Part shown: positions 14,251-27,971 of the stretch, one piece after another | How positions within the stretch are numbered: position 1 is the first letter of the stretch | Layout: every line of letters starts with the position of its first letter | Origin: Podarcis cretensis | Lineage: Eukaryota | Direction: 5' to 3' | Assembly (NCBI GenBank): GCA_951804945.1 | Contig: OX638151.1 | Span: 80,476,001-80,540,000, forward strand | Length of the DNA stretch: 64,000 nt | The notes under the pieces: model-generated | Seen by the model: the letters and a program-made list of their open reading frames with translations, nothing else | What the model was told of the DNA's origin: nothing | Database searches by the model: none | Made by a program: the position numbers and the translations under genes

Positions 14251-15292
14251 ATTCTCATTTGTGGGGTGCCTCAGGGTTCTGTCCTCTCCCCCATGCTTTT
14301 CAACATCTACATGCAGCCACTGGGAGAGATCATCAGGAGGTTTGGGCTGGGTGTTCATCAGTATGCAGATGATACCCAGCTCTACCTCTCTTTTAAATCA
14401 GAACCAGTGAGGGCAGTGAAGGTCCTGTGTGAGTGTCTGGAGGCGGTTGGAGGATGGATGGCAGCTAACAGATTGAGGTTGAATCCTGACAAGACAGAAG
14501 TACTGTTTTTGGGGGACAGGAGGCGGGCAGGTGTGGAGGATTCCCTGGTCCTGAATGGGGTAACTGTGCCCCTGAAGGACCAGGTGCGCAGCCTGGGAGT
14601 CATTTTGGACTCACAGCTGTCCATGGAGGCACAGGTCAAATCTGTGTCCAGGGCAGCTGTTTACCAGCTCCATCTGGTACGTAGGCTGAGACCCTATCTG
14701 CCTGCGGACTGTCTCGCCAGAGTGGTGCATGCTCTGGTTATCTCCCGCTTGGACTACTGCAATGCACTCTACGTGGGGCTACCTTTGAAGGTGACTCGGA
14801 AACTACAACTAATCCAGAATGCGGCAGCTAGACTGGTGACTGGGAGCGGCCGCCGAGACCATATAACACCGGTCTTGAAAGACCTACATTGGCTCCCAGT
14901 ATGTTTCCGAGCACAATTCAAAGTGTTGGTGCTGACCTTTAAAGCCCTAAACGGCCTCGGTCCAGTATACCTGAAGGAGCGTCTCCACCCCCATCATTCT
15001 GCCCGGACGCTGAGGTTCAGCGCCGAGGGCCTTCTGGCGGTTCCCTCATTGTGAGAAGCAAAGCTACAGGGAACCAGGCAGAGGGCCTTCTCGGTAGTGG
15101 CGCCCACCCTGTGGAACGCCCTTCCAGCAGATGTCAAAGCGATAAACAACTACCTGACATTCAGAAGACATCTTAAGGCAGCCCTGTTCAGGGAAGTTTT
15201 TAACGTGTGATTTTACTGTATTTTTGGTTTTTATGGAAGCCGCCCAGAGTGGCTGGGAAGGCCCAGCCAGATGGGCGGGATATAAATAATAA

Positions 15293-15328
<36 letters not shown>
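14251..15328 (+). mobile_element. Young 5'-truncated L2 LINE with (TTA)n tail
   Basis: RT motifs [13 protein letters not shown] and YADDTQLY, the L2-typical C-terminus [10 protein letters not shown]...[14 protein letters not shown], a short 3' UTR, and a (TTA)n tail at about 15294-15328. Confidence 0.95.
14266..15210 (+). pseudogene. L2 ORF2 reverse transcriptase C-terminal portion (one premature TGA at 15052-15054)
   Basis: 262-aa ORF. The frame continues past the TGA (EAKLQGTRQRAFSVVAPTLWNALP...FREVFNV*) to the natural stop at 15208-15210. Confidence 0.9.
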
Positions 15329-15406
15329 GCATACTAACCATTTATCCTTATTCTTACTGTGAAGGATTGGCAACCTAGTTTGTCTAGAGAAGCCCAGTTT
15401 AGCACA

Positions 15407-15459
15407 GACTTTTCTAAGTCATTATGAAACTGGGGGACTTTTCTAAGTCATTATGAAAC
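15407..15459. repeat. Short direct duplication (24 bp x2)
   Basis: GACTTTTCTAAGTCATTATGAAAC at 15407-15430 and 15436-15459. Confidence 0.85.
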
Positions 15460-18400
15460 ACTATGTATGGGGGGCCAGTTGTTGAGAAAGGCCATGGTTT
15501 GCCACTTGAATTTACATGTCTTGAATTAAAAAGAAAGGAAGAAGAAAGAAGGAAGTAAACAAAGGTTTCTGGATACAAATAAACAAAATATAACAACATA
15601 TTTTGTTTGGGTTCCATATAATCCCAATAAGATTTCATTTGTAAACCTTAAATGCCAAGGAATTATGATGTTGACATCACTTCATTCCAGTTGAGGAGAA
15701 GTTAAAAATGTGTACTTGATTTCTTAGAATTCAAATGGAATAAAATACATAAACAGTGCAGTCCTATACATGCCTACTCAGAAGTAAGTCTAATTGAGTT
15801 CAATTACACTTGCTTCCAGGTGAGTATAAGATTGCAACCTAAGAGAGAAATAAAATTGCCTTTTAATTTAACATTGAAAATGCAAAAAATGTGCTTATTT
15901 AAATCATAGAAATACCTATTATAAATGAGAACTCTGGCTTGTCATAGAGGAGGAAAAATGGGCAGAATACTAACAGGAATGTACTGTAAATCATTTCCTA
16001 CATAGTACGTGCAGAAGGATACAATCTACTTCCAGCATCTGACGTGTTAGTAAATAACATCAGCAGAGTCTATGCGATGCGGTTTGCAATCATTTACTTA
16101 ATTACAAAAATATGTGCCACAGTTGCCGAACTTCGCTACTGTCATAACTTTCCCTGAAGTTCAACCAGCCAATGACAGTAAAGCTGTCAGGTAGATTAAA
16201 GAGGGCTGCTTGTCATTCCTTCTGGCATTTATATGTAATATGCAAAATGCAAACAAGCATGTCAAATTATTAGTCATATTATTAGTGTTATCCCTGCACA
16301 TCTTGGACATCTGCCTTTGCAATAGAGAAGAGAAACTAGATAGCCATATTGACATTGATGGGCCATAACTGCTCAGGTTCAGTTACTAGCTTTATTCGGG
16401 TGCCATTTCCTCCATGTAATAAGATCAAATGTTGAGAGAGCAGAGCTGCATTGGCTGGCCTGCTCCTACCATCCTATCCCACCCCTGTGTTTTGGACTTG
16501 CCTGCTGGATACTCATAGGCTCTTCCCAATTCAGATTCCGGAGTGCATGGATACTCAGGACAGGGCAGAACTCGTTACATACAGATTGGGAAGATACCTA
16601 TCAATGTAGCCATTGGCCAAGCTGCTATGATGTAGATACCGGGAAGTGAAACACTACTAACTCTCCAGCTTCAGGGTTTTTTTGGGGGGGGGCTGGAGTT
16701 GGGGGTTGAAATTGAACCTCTTGATCTGCATCATTGACTGGCTGAGCAGCTGACTTCGTGGAACATTCACAAACATTCACATGGAGAGAGACAGAGAGGT
16801 GTGGTCTTGGTAGGTAGCATGTACCAAGGCACAAACAGATGAATGACCAAAGTATTCTCAGCTTAGATTTTTAGTATTATGCATTGTTATATTATTGGTA
16901 AAAAATGTTGCTGAAATGTGACCCTAGAATAAATAGATTTTTAAAAACCTTACAATTATTTATTTATTTTTATTCCAGGAGTGTGGAACCTGTCCCCCTC
17001 CCGGTGATGTTCTTTCTGACAAGGTACCCAAGGCAGTCCACAAATTTAAAGTACTAAAACAAAATACACATATAATAAAACTTGTAAAGTTGGCTGGGTG
17101 ATGGAGGTGAGGGGACAGTCTGAATGGAGCAGACCCTGATGTGGTCTTTGCTTCTGTCGCTCTCTTCTTTCATTTCACAAACCAGATGGTGTATGCTGGC
17201 TCTTTGTTGGGGGGAAGCGGGCAGTCTGACTGGTGCTGTTCTTATCTCCCTTGCTCATTCTTTTCCTTCCAATGCTGCCTATTGGCCCTGTGGGAGGGGG
17301 GCAGTTTGACTACAGCAGGTTCTGATGTTGCCTCTGCCTCCTTCCTTCACTCTCTTCTTGCTTCTCACAAGGCAGATGGCATCCATTAACTCTGCAGTGC
17401 TGCTGGGGAACCATCTTGGTGGAGCAGGTCCTGGTGTTGTCTTTGCCTGCTTCCTTTGCTTTCTTCCACAAGGGATAATGCAAATGGGAGTTCAGCAACA
17501 TCTGGGGCCCCAAAAATTCCTCACACCTTTATTTATTTATTACAAAATAAAAGGTGTCTAGGTGGAGATCATCCAGCAGGTGCATCTAATTCTTCACCAT
17601 GAGCCAGGCAATGCCAATGAAGAAATGGGGGTGGGGGGAGTTTTGCAATAAGTATGGTTGCTAGATTTCTTGGTCTTCAGTATACAGATACATTGCAAAT
17701 AATAGACCTCCATTTTGTCATGTGACTGAAAGTAGCCATTTTTGGTTTAGCTTTTCTTAATTATATTTTAAAATAAATTGGAATAGATACGTACTAGCAA
17801 GGATTTGCTGGCTCCCCCCCCCAAAAAAAAAATCATTATTAGAGTTTCTCCATGTACCACCATTCTAATCCTTGAGGGGAGAAATGGAATTTTGATGATT
17901 GCTTTCTATTAGATCCCAAATATGTCTTTCTACAGGCTATGCCTTTATAAAGCTTATGGAAATACTTAAACCAGTATGTGCAGTGGTTTCATCGGCAAAT
18001 GGCATAAGTAGCTGTACGGTGCATTAAATAGTGAGCATAAGACTGATTGATGTCTGCATTGGCTTCCCTGAGCTTGACAGTAGTTTTTGTGTTATATTTT
18101 AGTTCCCCGTGAGACAACTTTCTCTCTCTCTCTGCCTTAGAAGAGTGTCTCTCCAGATCCCACACCATGAATTTGGAGCTTGACGGGGGAGTGAACTGAT
18201 GTCTTAACAGTAAATTGTGACAGAAAACACAGTAAACTCTTGACCCCGGCAGCTCTTATCACAGGCAAGTGGAAGGAGGTGTTTTATTTTTATAGTTACA
18301 AGCAAGTTATCTGAAATCTCAATAGGGCTGAAAAGGGAAATGGATACTAAATTATTTTGGATTTAAACTGGCCATGATTCTACGTTATTGTGTAGGCTTA

Positions 18401-18949
18401 GATCATTTGCCTTTGCAAAGCAAAAGTGTGGGATGCTGAAGGATTGGGATGGGAACTAATGTCACAGTAGTGGCTGCCAAAAGCGGCTGACTGTCTCCTT
18501 CTCATTTCCTCTCCCTGGTAACATTTAGTAAGACAAAATGCATGACATGTTCCAAATATGCTTCAACTTGACACCACTGAGTGTCACTTGTGGGGAGCTC
18601 ACCATGGTGTTCTTGCTGTTGCCATACTAAACTTTGTGGGGGAAATAGGAGGCATGGGACTGCTTTCTTTAGTCATTGCCCACAGGGATGCCGGGAACAT
18701 AAAAAACAAGCGCCCATGTTCCAAAGCTCACAAGCAAGACTGAAATGAGTGGGACAAACAAGTTGATTGCTTCAATACTGTGAGAACCCACTGCCTTCAA
18801 GGTCCATGCTATCTACTGGGATAGAGGAAGGAGAGAAGAGGTAGAAATGATACTGACAGTAAAAACTCAGCCCTGTTGTGTTGAATGTTGGGGTGCACAA
18901 GATGGCTGTAACATCTGGTTTCAGCCTAGGAGCTCTTTATATTGCAGTG

Positions 18950-19075
18950 CAGCCTTTCCAAACCTGGCACACTGCAGATGGTTTGGTCTCCAACTCCCAT
19001 AAGCCCCGGGCAAAATGGAATGGTGGGAGTTGGGAGTCCAACACTATCTGGAGGGCACCCTGTTGGGAAAGGCTG
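18950..19075. mobile_element. hAT MITE (URR1-like family)
   Basis: TIR CAGCCTTTCC / GGAAAGGCTG, an internal caactcccat...tgggagttg palindrome, and a degenerate 8-bp TSD TTGCAGTG / CTGCATTG. Confidence 0.75.
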
Positions 19076-22000
19076 CTGCATTGTGATATTGTTCAGTTAT
19101 ACACAGTCTCAGATTGTGCATGTTTCCTGGAGAATGTAGAAGCCATATCAAGATATACAGATTACTCAAAGCCCGTTGGAGATTATGCTTATTTCCTGGA
19201 GAATATACAATATGCATTGGTCTGTTGGGCTGTATGTATACCAGCCAGGAAAAGAGCCCAATTCCTTCTTTGAGGAAGGTTGTATTATAATGTGCATGTT
19301 TTCTGGACAATACTGTATGCATTGTTTCTAAGAAACAGTCCCTTGGTTTCTATTTCTAGTTCACACAGTCTTTTCAAGACTCCAGCACTGGATGTAAGGC
19401 CAATAAGAAATCCCTCTAGCTAGCACAGTCTCATAAGTGAAGCCAGAAAATGTGAATTTATATTTATTTATTTTTAAGCAAAAAGGGCAATTTTGAACAG
19501 CAGTGGCAGAATGATCCCTTTTGTCTTATATTTTTAGATCATTTTCAAAAACGATAATGGAAACCTATATGTGAAAAAAGAAGCTGGCCAAACAAAATAG
19601 AGTTGTGCATTCCCACTGGGGATGGGGAATGTGATGTTTCCAATCGCTACGAGCCAAAAGTACTAATGGGGGTAAATCGTAAAGCTACTAACATAGAAAG
19701 CCTTGACTTTCGTTGACATGTTTGATGTGCGTTTTCACATGACCTTTTGTGGAACAGGTCTCAAACTTAAGCAGTTTTACAAACAGGGAGAAAGAAAAGA
19801 GGCATGTAGAAGAACAAAGCAGAAGTGTAAACAGAGGGAACAAAGATATTTGAATCTGAATATCCAGTTAATGATTCAATTAGTTTTGCACTTTGTTAAA
19901 CCAGGGTAATCCTTCTTTACCACCTCCCCATACTGAATACTGCTGAATGGAAGAATGCAAAGGTTCCTAAGAAAAACCATCCTATAAAAGTAAAATCTTT
20001 TGTAAAGTATTACAGCCCCGCAACCAAAGGTTGTTTTTTTTGTTAGCTGAAACTGATTATAGCAGATAGATAGTTAGATAGATACAGGGGTACAAATACA
20101 TTATTCAGTCTCATCTAAATTCCTTTCACTATAAGCTGTTGAATGAACACAGTTCGTTTTAGGATTAGAGAGTGGGGAGTGAGCAATATTGCTTCCCCCT
20201 TGAAAGATATGTAAGAACTTCATAACCTTTGCTCAGACCTTCTCCTATTGCCTTTTATCTATCAGTTATACATAATACCTAAGCATTTTGCATTTTTCTT
20301 CAGTTTTCTTGCCTCATCTTCAGAATAAGGACTATATTTTGCAAGCACTGTTTAAATTTGGGCTCATTGTAAACATGTGGAGAATATTCTGGGTGGGTTA
20401 GACACAGGCTTGCCTTTCCATAATTTTTGGGTTCCTTCTATTCAGAAAGACTCTGCAGAACCTGTTACTGAGGGAAAAGGAGAGAAGTGGGTGAATTAAT
20501 TTTTTTTTTATTTGCTGGATTCCCGATTCTGCCTACCCCCCCCCAAAAAAAAATCAAGAAGGTGATCCAACTGCGTAGAGCAGGCTTTAAGTGGGCTGTA
20601 GGAGAACCAGCAAAAAAATTGTTCCCCTTTTTCTAGAGGAACATCTCATGAACAGAGTTCTCTACTATGAGTACTCTGGATCCAACCCACTAAAATGATA
20701 AATTTATGGACAGCTGTGACAAGCTCCTTGTTTCCCAAGGGCAAGTCTCACAAAAGAGTTTCTCATAAAAGTTTCTTGGAAGGTTGGGAAGCAATGCAAG
20801 AATAAATAAATAAATAACCAATTTGCTATAAATGAAATATCATGATAGCAATAATGACGATGGTTAAATCAGGAAGAAATGAAATTTGTTGCTGTTAATA
20901 TTATAAAATAATAATAGTGCATAAATCAAAAATCAATTTGCTATGAATGAAATATATCATTATTATTAATTGTTGTTGTTGCTACAGCAGTGACCAGAGA
21001 AATAATGACCATTGGGAGCAGCACAGAAAGAATAAACGCCATGCTGTACCTGTAGCAATGAAACACATTTATCTGCCCCACCTGCAATAAGAAATGTCTC
21101 TCCTGTATTGGTCTCACAGAAGGCACTGTAACTCTCCAGGGGTTTGACTTTATCCCCAAACATGTATTCTTCCATTCGTTCTCGATAAAGGTGGATGCAA
21201 AGTCCAATTAAAAACAACAGCAATACCAATAAAAATGCAACAGTTGTCTGCAGACTCATTGGCTGTCCAGTGTGTTGCACTGACTAGTGGAGATCAGTGC
21301 AGGAACTGCTCACTGGGTCTGAGGTAAGCTCAGAGTGACATGACCATTTCTGAAGAATGCTGTCTGCTGATTGTGAGATAAAGTAAACCTTGTCAGGCCA
21401 GGAAGGAAGCCCAACTCTGATGCATCTTAAGTATAGCCAAGGTTATTTCATACAAGGCTATGATGCCTGCTAAGTTGAGAATTAACACCGCTCATTTGTA
21501 TAACCACTATGTAATGACACTGAGCAATTATTAAATCATAAGTGACAAGACAAAGTTAATGAATAGGTAGGTGTATGTAATGAAACAACTTGCTTATGTT
21601 AATGGATTACAAGAATACATCTCTAGAAATAATTAGATTAGTTTTCATCTCCTGTATTGGCAGTATTTCTTTGCTTCACAGTCCCATCACTCCAAGCCTT
21701 GTCAGTGATACCATGGCAGAATTCATTACACCGATAAAGTACACCGTAAGGCCAGTCTAGCTGCTATGCTTGATAAGGATAGCTCACTGGACTAACGGCA
21801 TTTAGTGCAACTACCCTAGTTTGATCTGCATGCTCAGTGCAAATGACATTAGACGTTTGGGAGCTTGTTAGAGAAAACAATTGCCAGAACGTAATTAGTA
21901 ATGGTGAAACTTTCAGTGGTGTTTAATTGATAGAGAGTGCGGGCCACAAATAGCTCTGACAACTCTGCTTCCAATTAAACAGTCTTAATGAATGTCTGAT

Positions 22001-22399
22001 TAAGTGTTTTGTGGATCACACTGAAAGGAGAGGCAACTCTACAAAGCAGATACATCTGGCAGTGAATGGAGTCCTGTATGTCTCCCATAGACTCATCCTT
22101 GTGCTTTATGTTGTGACAATGGTGGGTAGCGTACTAGTTCAAATGGGCTTTTTATAGTTGGTTTAAGTGCTTTTGCTACATGAGAGTTTAAACTGTATTT
22201 GTACAATCTTAATGGTACTTTAAGCCGCTCAGAGAAATAAGTATTACAACTTGAACAAACAAATATTAGCTTTTAAGGATTGGTAAGAACTGATCATCTT
22301 GTTTTGGTCTCTGCTTAATGGCACCCTTACATTGAAAAGGATATCCAGTGTTCTACAGCTCCCAGTTACAAATAGAATCTAGAATGGGGCCAAGCACTG

Positions 22400-22570
22400 T
22401 GCAAGAGCACATACATTGCATGCAGAGGATCCTAGGTTGAATATCACACATTTCTAGCTTAGGAAGGAGAGCTTGGAAAGATCTCTACAAGACACCATTG
22501 AAATCTGATGCAAGGCAGCACTGAGATATATGGTTCAATGGTCAGACTTAGCCAATATAAGGCAACTCCA
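22400..22570 (+). mobile_element. Degraded tRNA-derived SINE
   Basis: gagcac...ttgcatgcagaggatcctaggttgaat (B-box-like) head, followed by a ...caatggtcagactt...tataaggcaactcc tail. A similar tail is at about 780-855. Confidence 0.5.
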
Positions 22571-22604
22571 TACGGGCCAAATATGTTTTGAATTTAAAAC
22601 CTAA

Positions 22605-22800
22605 AAGAGCCTGCTGGATTAGATCAAAGGCGTATATAGGCAAGCATCATGTCCTCACATTGGCCAACCAGATGCCTATGGGGAGTCCACAAGCAGGACC
22701 TGAGTAGAAAAACACTCCCTGCATGGAATTCCCAGCCACAACTATTCAAAGGCATACTGTCTCTGAAAGTAGAACACAGCCATTGATAGCTATGAATTTG
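22605..22800 (-). mobile_element. CR1-type LINE 3' UTR fragment
   Basis: aagagcctgctggat.agatcaaagg...ggccaaccagatgcct is the reverse complement of the 3' UTR type seen at 8600-8824. Confidence 0.65.
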
Positions 22801-24132
22801 TGCTCTGCACTGCTTATTGTGTCTGTCTTAAACATCATATTTCTGTGTCCCTTACCCTTTTGTTTTCTTTCCTCTTGTGTTACAGGTTTCCTCTTCTTGC
22901 TTTTCTGTGTATACTAGTATGTGTTTTCCAAATGCTGTATATGCAAACTTATTAATAAAACAATAATTCTTTAAAATGAGCAAAAAAATCAATCAAGATT
23001 TCACTGAAATGAGGAAAAGCAGAGCTTCATTTTGCACAGAACAGTCCAGGAGCCAAAATGCAGATCAAACAATTCCATGATGGATCAGATATTTAAAGGG
23101 ATGGGGAAGAAATCAAATCAGTTTGCATTTAAAGGTGAATATCTCATTTGTACTTTTGGAGACAACACACAAACCTAAACTCTGATTTCCATAAAATTCG
23201 CACTTCTGAGTTTTGCAATGCAATTCTCCATCCAAGTAATGTGTACAAAACAGCATACACGATGGTAAAGTATGAATAAAACACACTTTACCATAGGCAA
23301 TAAGACATTAGTAATCTCTCTCTCTTGAAAGTTTGAAAGCTATTTGGAATTAACTCCACTAATGAAATCATTCTACAGCATAAAATCCCTGCCCTGTGTT
23401 GATAGTGGATTAATTCAAGTGCCTAATACACTTGTGAGCTATTATTAAATAAAACACCAACAATGGCAAACAAGAGCTGTACAGGAAATCACTAGCTCCT
23501 TGTCTCACATTGTCATTGGGGGTCTGAGTTTTTCAGCCCAATTTAACAGCACCAAAGTGAATGCCTCACAGAAAGGAGCTTCTCTTTTCCTGCCGTCTTG
23601 TTTCTTAAGACTGCAGTTGTCTGATATTTGGTGCAGTAATGCTTTACATGCAAATGGCAGTTCACAAATGCTGGCAAATGCGACTAAATGCTTCTGACCC
23701 ATTTTTAAATGCCTTTTGGTGCACTGCAGCATAGATAATTTAGACCCGAGCTGTTCTAAGTGCATACAATTAGATTTGATTTAGGTCAGCCACCCTACTG
23801 TAGGCCAATGAAACATTTTCACTTTAAATCAAAACAGAATAACCTCTGGTGCCAAACCTGTCATCATAATGCGGATGCGCTGTAATTCCTTTGTTTGTGA
23901 TATGGGGGGGGGGCGGAAAGATTTGGATCTATCAATCCTGGAGCAATTGTCTGGATTCCGTACTTTCCTGCCTTATTTACTGCAAAATTGCCTCTGTGAT
24001 TAGGTTCTTCTCTTGCCCTATAATCTTTTGGTTATATCCTCAGGATCCTTGTCACTACTAAACTGGATTAAGTCCTTGATTCCAGATGAGATAAAGACTA
24101 AGAAGCTTGAGGATATAAAGATAAACATGTAG

Positions 24133-24134
<2 letters not shown>

Positions 24135-24168
<34 letters not shown>
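24135..24168. repeat. (GT)n microsatellite
   Basis: Direct reading. Confidence 0.95.
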
Positions 24169-24170
<2 letters not shown>

Positions 24171-24589
24171 CAGAAGGTGAAATGTGTGAAGCTTTAAGCA
24201 CACAGAGATGTGGGACAAATATAGCTTGGCAGCTTGTAAAGACTGACAGAATCCAGTAAAGGAAGTAAGCCTTTTAACTGGTGGTTTGGACCATTTATAT
24301 AGCACTGGATAATTTTTTTTTTAAATCTTTTCCTGTGCCTTAAGGACAATGACCTTGGCTGATAGAATGAGCAAAGCAACACAGCTCTGGCACTTTTCCT
24401 AAAATCCTTCTACAAAGTGACAGCCTGGTTAAAAGCAGAATCAGGAGGCGGGAGAGGAAGCAACAGCAGCAACTACCAAGAAAAGGGCAAAGATCATCTA
24501 CTCATTCCATATTCATAGTTTTGTTTCTATATCCCTTTTGTCACATTTGCACCTACACAACAACAGAGTTTGGGATAAATGACAACAGC

Positions 24590-24990
24590 AAGAACATACA
24601 AATGCAAGGAGAGTCCTGCTTGATCACGCTAAAGGACCGTCCACTCCAGCATCCTGTTTTCCTAGTGGCTAAACAGATGTCTGTGAAAAGCCTGGACGCA
24701 GGACAAGCAAGACTTTCCTGAGCATGATCCTAAGCAACTGCAGTTTCTAATAGTGGAAGTAGCACATAGCCACCATGACAAGTGGCCATTTGGCTCACCC
24801 TCCGGGAATGTGTCTAATCTCCCTTCAAAATTGTCCAAGAGGATGGCTTCTACTACATTTCATAGCAGAACAATTCTGCAGTTTTACTATGTGTAGTGTG
24901 AAGAAGTACTTCCTTTTGTCTGACTGAATAGCCCAATGTTCTTTGGAAGATCTCAGTTTCAAACAGGGAGAAAATCTTCCCTTTCTGCTT
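24590..24990 (-). mobile_element. CR1-type LINE 3' fragment
   Basis: aagaacata...gtcctgcttgatca...ccagcatcctg...gtgaagaagtacttccttttgtctg, the same family as 8205-8824 in reverse. Confidence 0.65.
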
Positions 24991-25834
24991 TTACTCAGGG
25001 AATATTATAGTGAGACAAGAAACCCACAAGGACATGAAGAAATACCTTACAGCCCCTTGCTGACCAACTTGAATTATTCATATATTGTTGTGGGCTAATA
25101 AATACATGTAAGTTGTAATCCTAACCATCACTAGCTTGGGTACTGCATGTAGAAAGCCAATGAGTGAATCTGTTGCCCTCCAACTGTTATTGGGAAACAA
25201 CTCCCATCATCCCTGCCAAGTGACTGCTGACTGTGGCTGATAGGAATTGGAGTCCAACAACATCTGAGGGGTTGTAGGTTCTGGAACATATTGTTCACCT
25301 CACCATCCACCACTGCTGCCTGCAGGGCCCACTACTGCTGCCATCCCTCAAAGCTGACACCCAGGTTTGCCTACTGGCCAAGGCCATGGAGCCAGCCACT
25401 GTCAGCTGTTGCCTCAGGGTGCTGCTGCCATTTTGCCATAGCAAACTCTCTTTAAAGTTTAGCATTCATCTGAACCTTATTTAGCACTCCAGTAAAGAGG
25501 CTGGCGGCACTCCGAAAACTGGGGCTTCCTGAGGTTGTCTGAGATGTGGAGTCTTTCCCAGAGGAAGGCATTATGAAGTGAGTTTGTCCCGGAACACATA
25601 TTCACCGCCTCTTTGCCACAACAGCAAAAACTGTTTGAATATTGTTTACAACAAGCCTGAAAATGAAATTGACCACTACACCAAAGCAACTGGCAGCACT
25701 CTTGTGGGGCTCATCAGAAAGCATGCAGACCCCCAGCACACTGATTAGGTATTTCTTTAGCTGCCCTCTGCTTCCATCCATCCTTGCTATACATGCCAAC
25801 CTTCCTGTTTTTCCTGTTAAATTTCTCTTTTGGA

Positions 25835-25901
25835 ATAATAATAATAATAATAAGTAGTAATAGCAGTAGTGGTAGTAGTAGTAGTAGTAGAAGTAGTAGT
25901 A
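25835..25901. repeat. Compound (AAT)n/(TAG)n microsatellite
   Basis: Direct reading. Confidence 0.9.
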
Positions 25902-26819
25902 CAATTTATTGCCTGCTCTTCACTCCAGGGTTCTAGGATGGATTACAAACTCTTACAACACTGTATCACTACAGACAGTAGACAGACCTGTGTTTACAGT
26001 GTATATGCAGAAGTTTTTTGTTTTTTTGTTTTTATTCCGGCGGCATCATTCATTAATGTAAGAGAAGGTAGGTGATTTTTGCTGATCCCCTTGAAGACTG
26101 GGAGCCTGCCTCTCCCCCCCCCCAAAAAAAAAAAACCCAGTATGGAAGGGAGCAAGGGGGCAAGAGGAATTTGTGGAACTTGCTTAGTTAGCAGGCACTT
26201 CCATGGGATCGAAAGCTATTCAATGAGCAGAACAGCAGCACCAAATTTCACCCATAGTATCAAGATACTTATCATTGAAAAGTACAGAAGGTCACATCTG
26301 CTTGTGAAGTTGGTTATAAAATCATTTTACAGATTAGCCTGTAGGTATCTCCTACCTTGCAAAGATTTAAATGCATAATGGTTAATTATAAAACATTATT
26401 TTGTGCACATTAAAAATAGCATGTAATTTATAGTCTTGTACTATTGGAATAGGGCCAAAAAGTCATAAACCTCCAAGAACGTTTGGGATAGCAGTCAAAG
26501 TGAAAGGCACATTTTGTGATTAGATGGGCTGAAGCTTCCAACTTCTTGTCATTCTAGAGAATAAAAGGGAAATGCAAAGAAAAAGAAGGCACAGATTAGG
26601 TAATTCTTATTTTTAAAGCGATGGCATCTAGTTTATGCATGAAAATTCAGCAAAGCTACATCTGTGCATGCTTGATTTTGCATGCTTGGTTTTACACTGT
26701 TTCCTATTCAGCTGTAAATGTTTTAGCCCAATGTTTCTATGGAATATAGTTGTAGATTCTACTTTATCTACAAATTCTTTGATTTAGGTTCATTTTATTC
26801 CACCAAGACCATTGAACTA

Positions 26820-27069
26820 CAGTCATACACTGGTTTTCGAACAGCTTAGTTCTCAAACGTTTTGGCTCCCAAACGCCGCAAACCTGGAAGTGACTGTTTC
26901 AGTTTGCAAACTATTTTGGGAAGCTGAACATCCAATGGGGTTTCTGTGGCTTATGATGGGCTGCAGAAGCTTCTTGCAGTGAATCAGAAGCCATGCTTTG
27001 GTTTCTGAACATTTTGGAAGTCGAACGGACTTTCGGAACAGATGCTGTTCAACTTTCAATGTATGACTG
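26820..27069. mobile_element. Tc1/mariner-superfamily MITE related to the 2868-3105 element
   Basis: TIR CAGTCATAC / GTATGACTG flanked by TA at 26818-26819 and 27070-27071. Internal ttttcgaac/gaagtcgaacgg motifs are shared with the 2868 MITE. Confidence 0.8.
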
Positions 27070-27971
27070 TAATGGAAACCCTCCGAAGTGCAACATAACA
27101 GCACAGTATAACATATCAGTACTGGTATGGCAACATTCCCATTGGACCCACAGGTTTACGACCACTGGAAGCAGCAATGAAGCTTTTTGGTTTTACAAGT
27201 TACCAAAAAGCAGACCTATTGCTGGCCTGTGCCACCTTGCACCAATCAGATAACCCTCTAAGCAGCCTACTCCCCCAAAACAGTATTAAGAAATTTACCC
27301 AAACACAAAAATCCCTTTTATGTCCACCAGATATTGCTCGCTCTAGAAAAGCAGGGGGCTGTTTTAGCTGAGACTTAGTTTCAGCCCAAATGTTTACTTA
27401 GGACTCAGGACTGTCTCTCTTTACCTCTTCACCCACAGTTAGATCTAGTCACAGGACCATGAAATATTTTGGTAGGTACTTGCTTCTATAGTACTTATCA
27501 ATTCTAAAGTTGTTTTAACCAATCCATGCTCAACTTAGACAATTCTCTGCATTTTCCTGGCCCCTAAAGCACAAGAGGCCATTCTTTTGGAATATAGTGA
27601 AACTTTTGGAATTGTCCTGGACTGACAGTTCTAGTATGGGGTGCATCAGGGAATCTCCCTCTCTTCGTCAGGTTGATAGCAATTCCCAAATATCAGCAAA
27701 GATTGGGGTGATGGTAGCAATGGGTTATTTCTGCATGGCACCTCCCTGCTTTGATAGGCACAAAATGATGTAGACGGATTCAACATGGCAGCTTAATTTT
27801 ACATGTCAGCTCTTCTCATGCCTAGTGTGACTGACATACAAACTTGATTCAAATAATCAAACATTGGACTAATAAGCAAATAACAATGCACTACAAAATT
27901 CGGTAACCATATAAAATATTCCACAGAATATTCATTTGTGTTTTGAGATTCTTTCTTACAATCAAGTGGTA

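Noticed and set aside
19110-19320. Three loose repeats of TGTGCATGTTTCCTGGAGAAT
   Set aside because: Short, irregularly spaced and degenerate; most likely old local duplications with no supportable function.
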